From Methanothermus fervidus DSM 2088 (lineage in GTDB: Archaea > Methanobacteriota > Methanobacteria > DSM-2088 > Methanothermaceae): a stretch of 32,000 nt of DNA. The stretch spans positions 780,001 to 812,000 of the forward strand of contig CP002278.1 in the NCBI GenBank assembly GCA_000166095.1, written 5' to 3'. Made by a program: the position numbers and the translations under genes. Shown piece after piece: positions 29,990-32,000 of the stretch. The first letter of the stretch is position 1; each line of letters starts with the position of its first letter. The notes below the pieces were generated by a model. That model worked only from the letters and a program-made list of their open reading frames with translations, was not told the DNA's origin and did no database searches.

Positions 29990-31039
29990 TCACATAAATT
30001 TAGATCTTGCATCCCATATTTTTTTTAAACTTTTAAAACCACTTTTTTCTTTTTTTTCAAATGAGAAATTTTCTATTATTTTTACAACATTATTCACAGA
30101 TTTTTTAGAACCTTCAATTAAACTTTTAGCTTTGGGTTTTTTAAGATTTGGTAGATATTTAGGTATATCTTGAATTTTAACAATAGGTATGCCGACTTCT
30201 TTAGCTAAATCAACACTTGCATGTTTATAGTGAAATCCAGCGACCTTTATTGATGGAATCTCTAAAACAGCGACTTCAATAGTTACACCCATACCAGCAC
30301 AATAAATAACAGCGTTAGCATTTTTAATATAACTTAGAAGATCTACAAAACCTTCTAAAACTTTAACCTTTGAAGAAGTAATAAGACTTTTTATATAACT
30401 AGTTTTAAATCTAAAAGGAACAATTAAAACTTTTTCATCTAGGGATTCAATTGTTTTTATCAACTTTGGAACATCATGATATTTAATGTCTCCTCCAAGT
30501 ACCAACAAGATAAAATCATCTTCTTCACATGTTTTTATTTCAGATTCAAGAACATATAGGGCGTGTGGATACCCACCAATGTTTCTTACATTTTTTAATA
30601 AATATTCTCTCTCTAAATATTCTTTATAATCTTTTGATGGAGCTGTAATAATATCTGCAAATGCTATCATTTCAATTGGGTTGTAAATATCCTGCTCAAT
30701 ATGTAATACAGGAATATGGAGTATGTTAGCTGAGATAATTCCTTTCCTTACATCCCCAGCATTTCCACATGTTAGCAATAAATCAGGTTTAATTTTTCTT
30801 AAAACTTTGGTAGTTCTAATTATGTCCTTAAATATTAAATAACAAGATTTTAACTTATTTTTTTTATAAGTTATTTTTCTACCTTTTCCAATATAATATA
30901 ATGAAGAACAATATGGTTCCAATATATTTTTAACTTCTTTTCCATGCATTAATCCAATTATCTCATGCTCTTCTAGTCTTTTGATTATTGGAATAAAGGT
31001 TTTTGCTGGTGCTAACTCTGCTATAATACAAATTTTCAT
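29990..31039 (-). CDS. MurG-like glycosyltransferase (GT-B)
   Basis: MKICIIAELAPAKTFIPIIKRLEEHEIIGLMHG..., LKSLIT.. KVLEGFVDLLSYIKNANAVIYCAGMGVTIEVAVLEIPSIKV. Confidence 0.65.
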   Translation of the reverse strand: MKICIIAELAPAKTFIPIIKRLEEHEIIGLMHGKEVKNILEPYCSSLYYIGKGRKITYKKNKLKSCYLIFKDIIRTTKVLRKIKPDLLLTCGNAGDVRKGIISANILHIPVLHIEQDIYNPIEMIAFADIITAPSKDYKEYLEREYLLKNVRNIGGYPHALYVLESEIKTCEEDDFILLVLGGDIKYHDVPKLIKTIESLDEKVLIVPFRFKTSYIKSLITSSKVKVLEGFVDLLSYIKNANAVIYCAGMGVTIEVAVLEIPSIKVAGFHYKHASVDLAKEVGIPIVKIQDIPKYLPNLKKPKAKSLIEGSKKSVNNVVKIIENFSFEKKEKSGFKSLKKIWDARSKFM

Positions 31040-31995
31040 TTTTTACACCTTTTTAAACATTTAAGTGCAAAAACAATTCCAAAGAAATACAATATCCAAA
31101 CAACTAAATCTGTAGGTCCAGTTTCAATCCATGTAAGTGCATGCGACATCATTATTGAATAAAATGCGGTGATCAATCCTTTTTCCTTCAATTGTAAATT
31201 ATGTAAAAATTTAAGTATGAAACCTAAAAGGAACATTTGAATCAACATTCCTCCAATACCAAAATCTAAAAGTGGAGGGCCAATTATTGTGGATGTAGTG
31301 GAATGATGATATCCAAGAACTTTTAAACCTACAATTGCTCTTGGATCAACTGACGTGAAAAATCCTACCAATGTGTAATAAAACAGTAAGCCATGAGTTA
31401 TCCCCTGAAGTTTCGTTGCCTTTTCCACAACTAAAAGTGTGTAACCTGCCCTATACAACAATAATTGTATTGGATTTAAAGTCCAATGTTGCCATTCTAT
31501 AAATTTGACAACTACGTATCCTAAAATTGAAATTATGAAGAATATAATTAGTATGCCTACTAACGAATATTCTACTGGTATTTTCTTTGTATAGTATAGT
31601 GTCATTAAGACGCTCAAAATTATAACAACTACAGGGGTTCTATAACCTGTCAATGAAAATAGAACCACACCCAGAATTAAAAATATAAAGTATTTTTTAT
31701 TGTAAAATTTGGCAAACAAAATATTTATGCTTGGTAAAAACAGCAAATATGAGAAAAACCAAAAAAGATTGACAGCCTTAGATTTTAAGTGACCACTAAA
31801 AAGAGGTATTCCCCCTAAATAATAAAAATTAAAAATCTGTAACACGAATGCTGTATAAATAAAATATTTTAAAAGATTTTTGTTTATTTGTAACTTACAT
31901 TTACAACCATCTCTCACAAATTTTACAGGATAAAAACCTAAGAGATAAAAAGCCATTGCAAATAAAAAATAAATATACACATACACAGATGGCAA
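31036..31995 (-). CDS. Polytopic membrane protein, oligosaccharide repeat-unit polymerase (Wzy)-like; may continue past the window edge
   Basis: About ten TM helices, TGYRTPVVVIILSVLMTLYY, large loops, adjacent to a GT-B; overlaps the GT gene by 4 nt. Confidence 0.6.
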   Translation of the reverse strand: MPSVYVYIYFLFAMAFYLLGFYPVKFVRDGCKCKLQINKNLLKYFIYTAFVLQIFNFYYLGGIPLFSGHLKSKAVNLFWFFSYLLFLPSINILFAKFYNKKYFIFLILGVVLFSLTGYRTPVVVIILSVLMTLYYTKKIPVEYSLVGILIIFFIISILGYVVVKFIEWQHWTLNPIQLLLYRAGYTLLVVEKATKLQGITHGLLFYYTLVGFFTSVDPRAIVGLKVLGYHHSTTSTIIGPPLLDFGIGGMLIQMFLLGFILKFLHNLQLKEKGLITAFYSIMMSHALTWIETGPTDLVVWILYFFGIVFALKCLKRCKK

Positions 31996-32000
31996 TTTAA

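Noticed and set aside
1-32000. CRISPR array
   Set aside because: No regularly spaced direct repeats with unique spacers were seen anywhere in the window.

Overview
32 kb of an AT-rich archaeal chromosome. The F420-dependent methylene-H4MPT dehydrogenase (mtd), the AfpA/MJ0208-type flavoprotein and the gene content suggest a methanogen, probably Methanobacteriales (inference). Layout: (1) 1-4.8 kb, a surface-polysaccharide cluster with a flippase, UDP-sugar dehydrogenase, UDP-glucuronate decarboxylase-like SDR, GT2 and a galE-like epimerase. (2) 5-9.7 kb, mtd, radical SAM, M42 peptidase, flavoprotein, TPR protein and a CMD-like protein. (3) 9.7-17 kb, the classic archaeal exosome/RNase P/proteasome superoperon: rpl15e, COG1325, rnp3, rnp2, psmA, sdo1, rrp4, rrp41, rrp42, rpl37ae, rpoP (TTG start, absent from the ORF track), Brix/Imp4, pcc1, pfdB. 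(4) 17.3-20.2 kb, a DUF2121-like protein, an MBL-fold hydrolase with an apparent frameshift near its N terminus, tRNA-Thr(CGT) and aroC. (5) 20.3-20.64 kb, an unannotated element: a truncated 52-aa TnpB N-terminus followed by an omegaRNA-like right end abutting cbiF/cobM. (6) 21-30 kb, small conserved proteins, a Zn-dependent phospholipase C-like protein, modA/modB-like genes, radical SAM, and a 1389-aa exported, membrane-anchored CobN-like protein. (7) 30-32 kb, a MurG-like glycosyltransferase and a Wzy-like membrane protein. The most interesting observations are the internally deleted TnpB/omegaRNA relic whose predicted guide would be antisense to cobM, the +1 frameshift in the MBL gene, a tRNA gene supplying the stop codons of two convergent genes, and the extracytoplasmic CobN.
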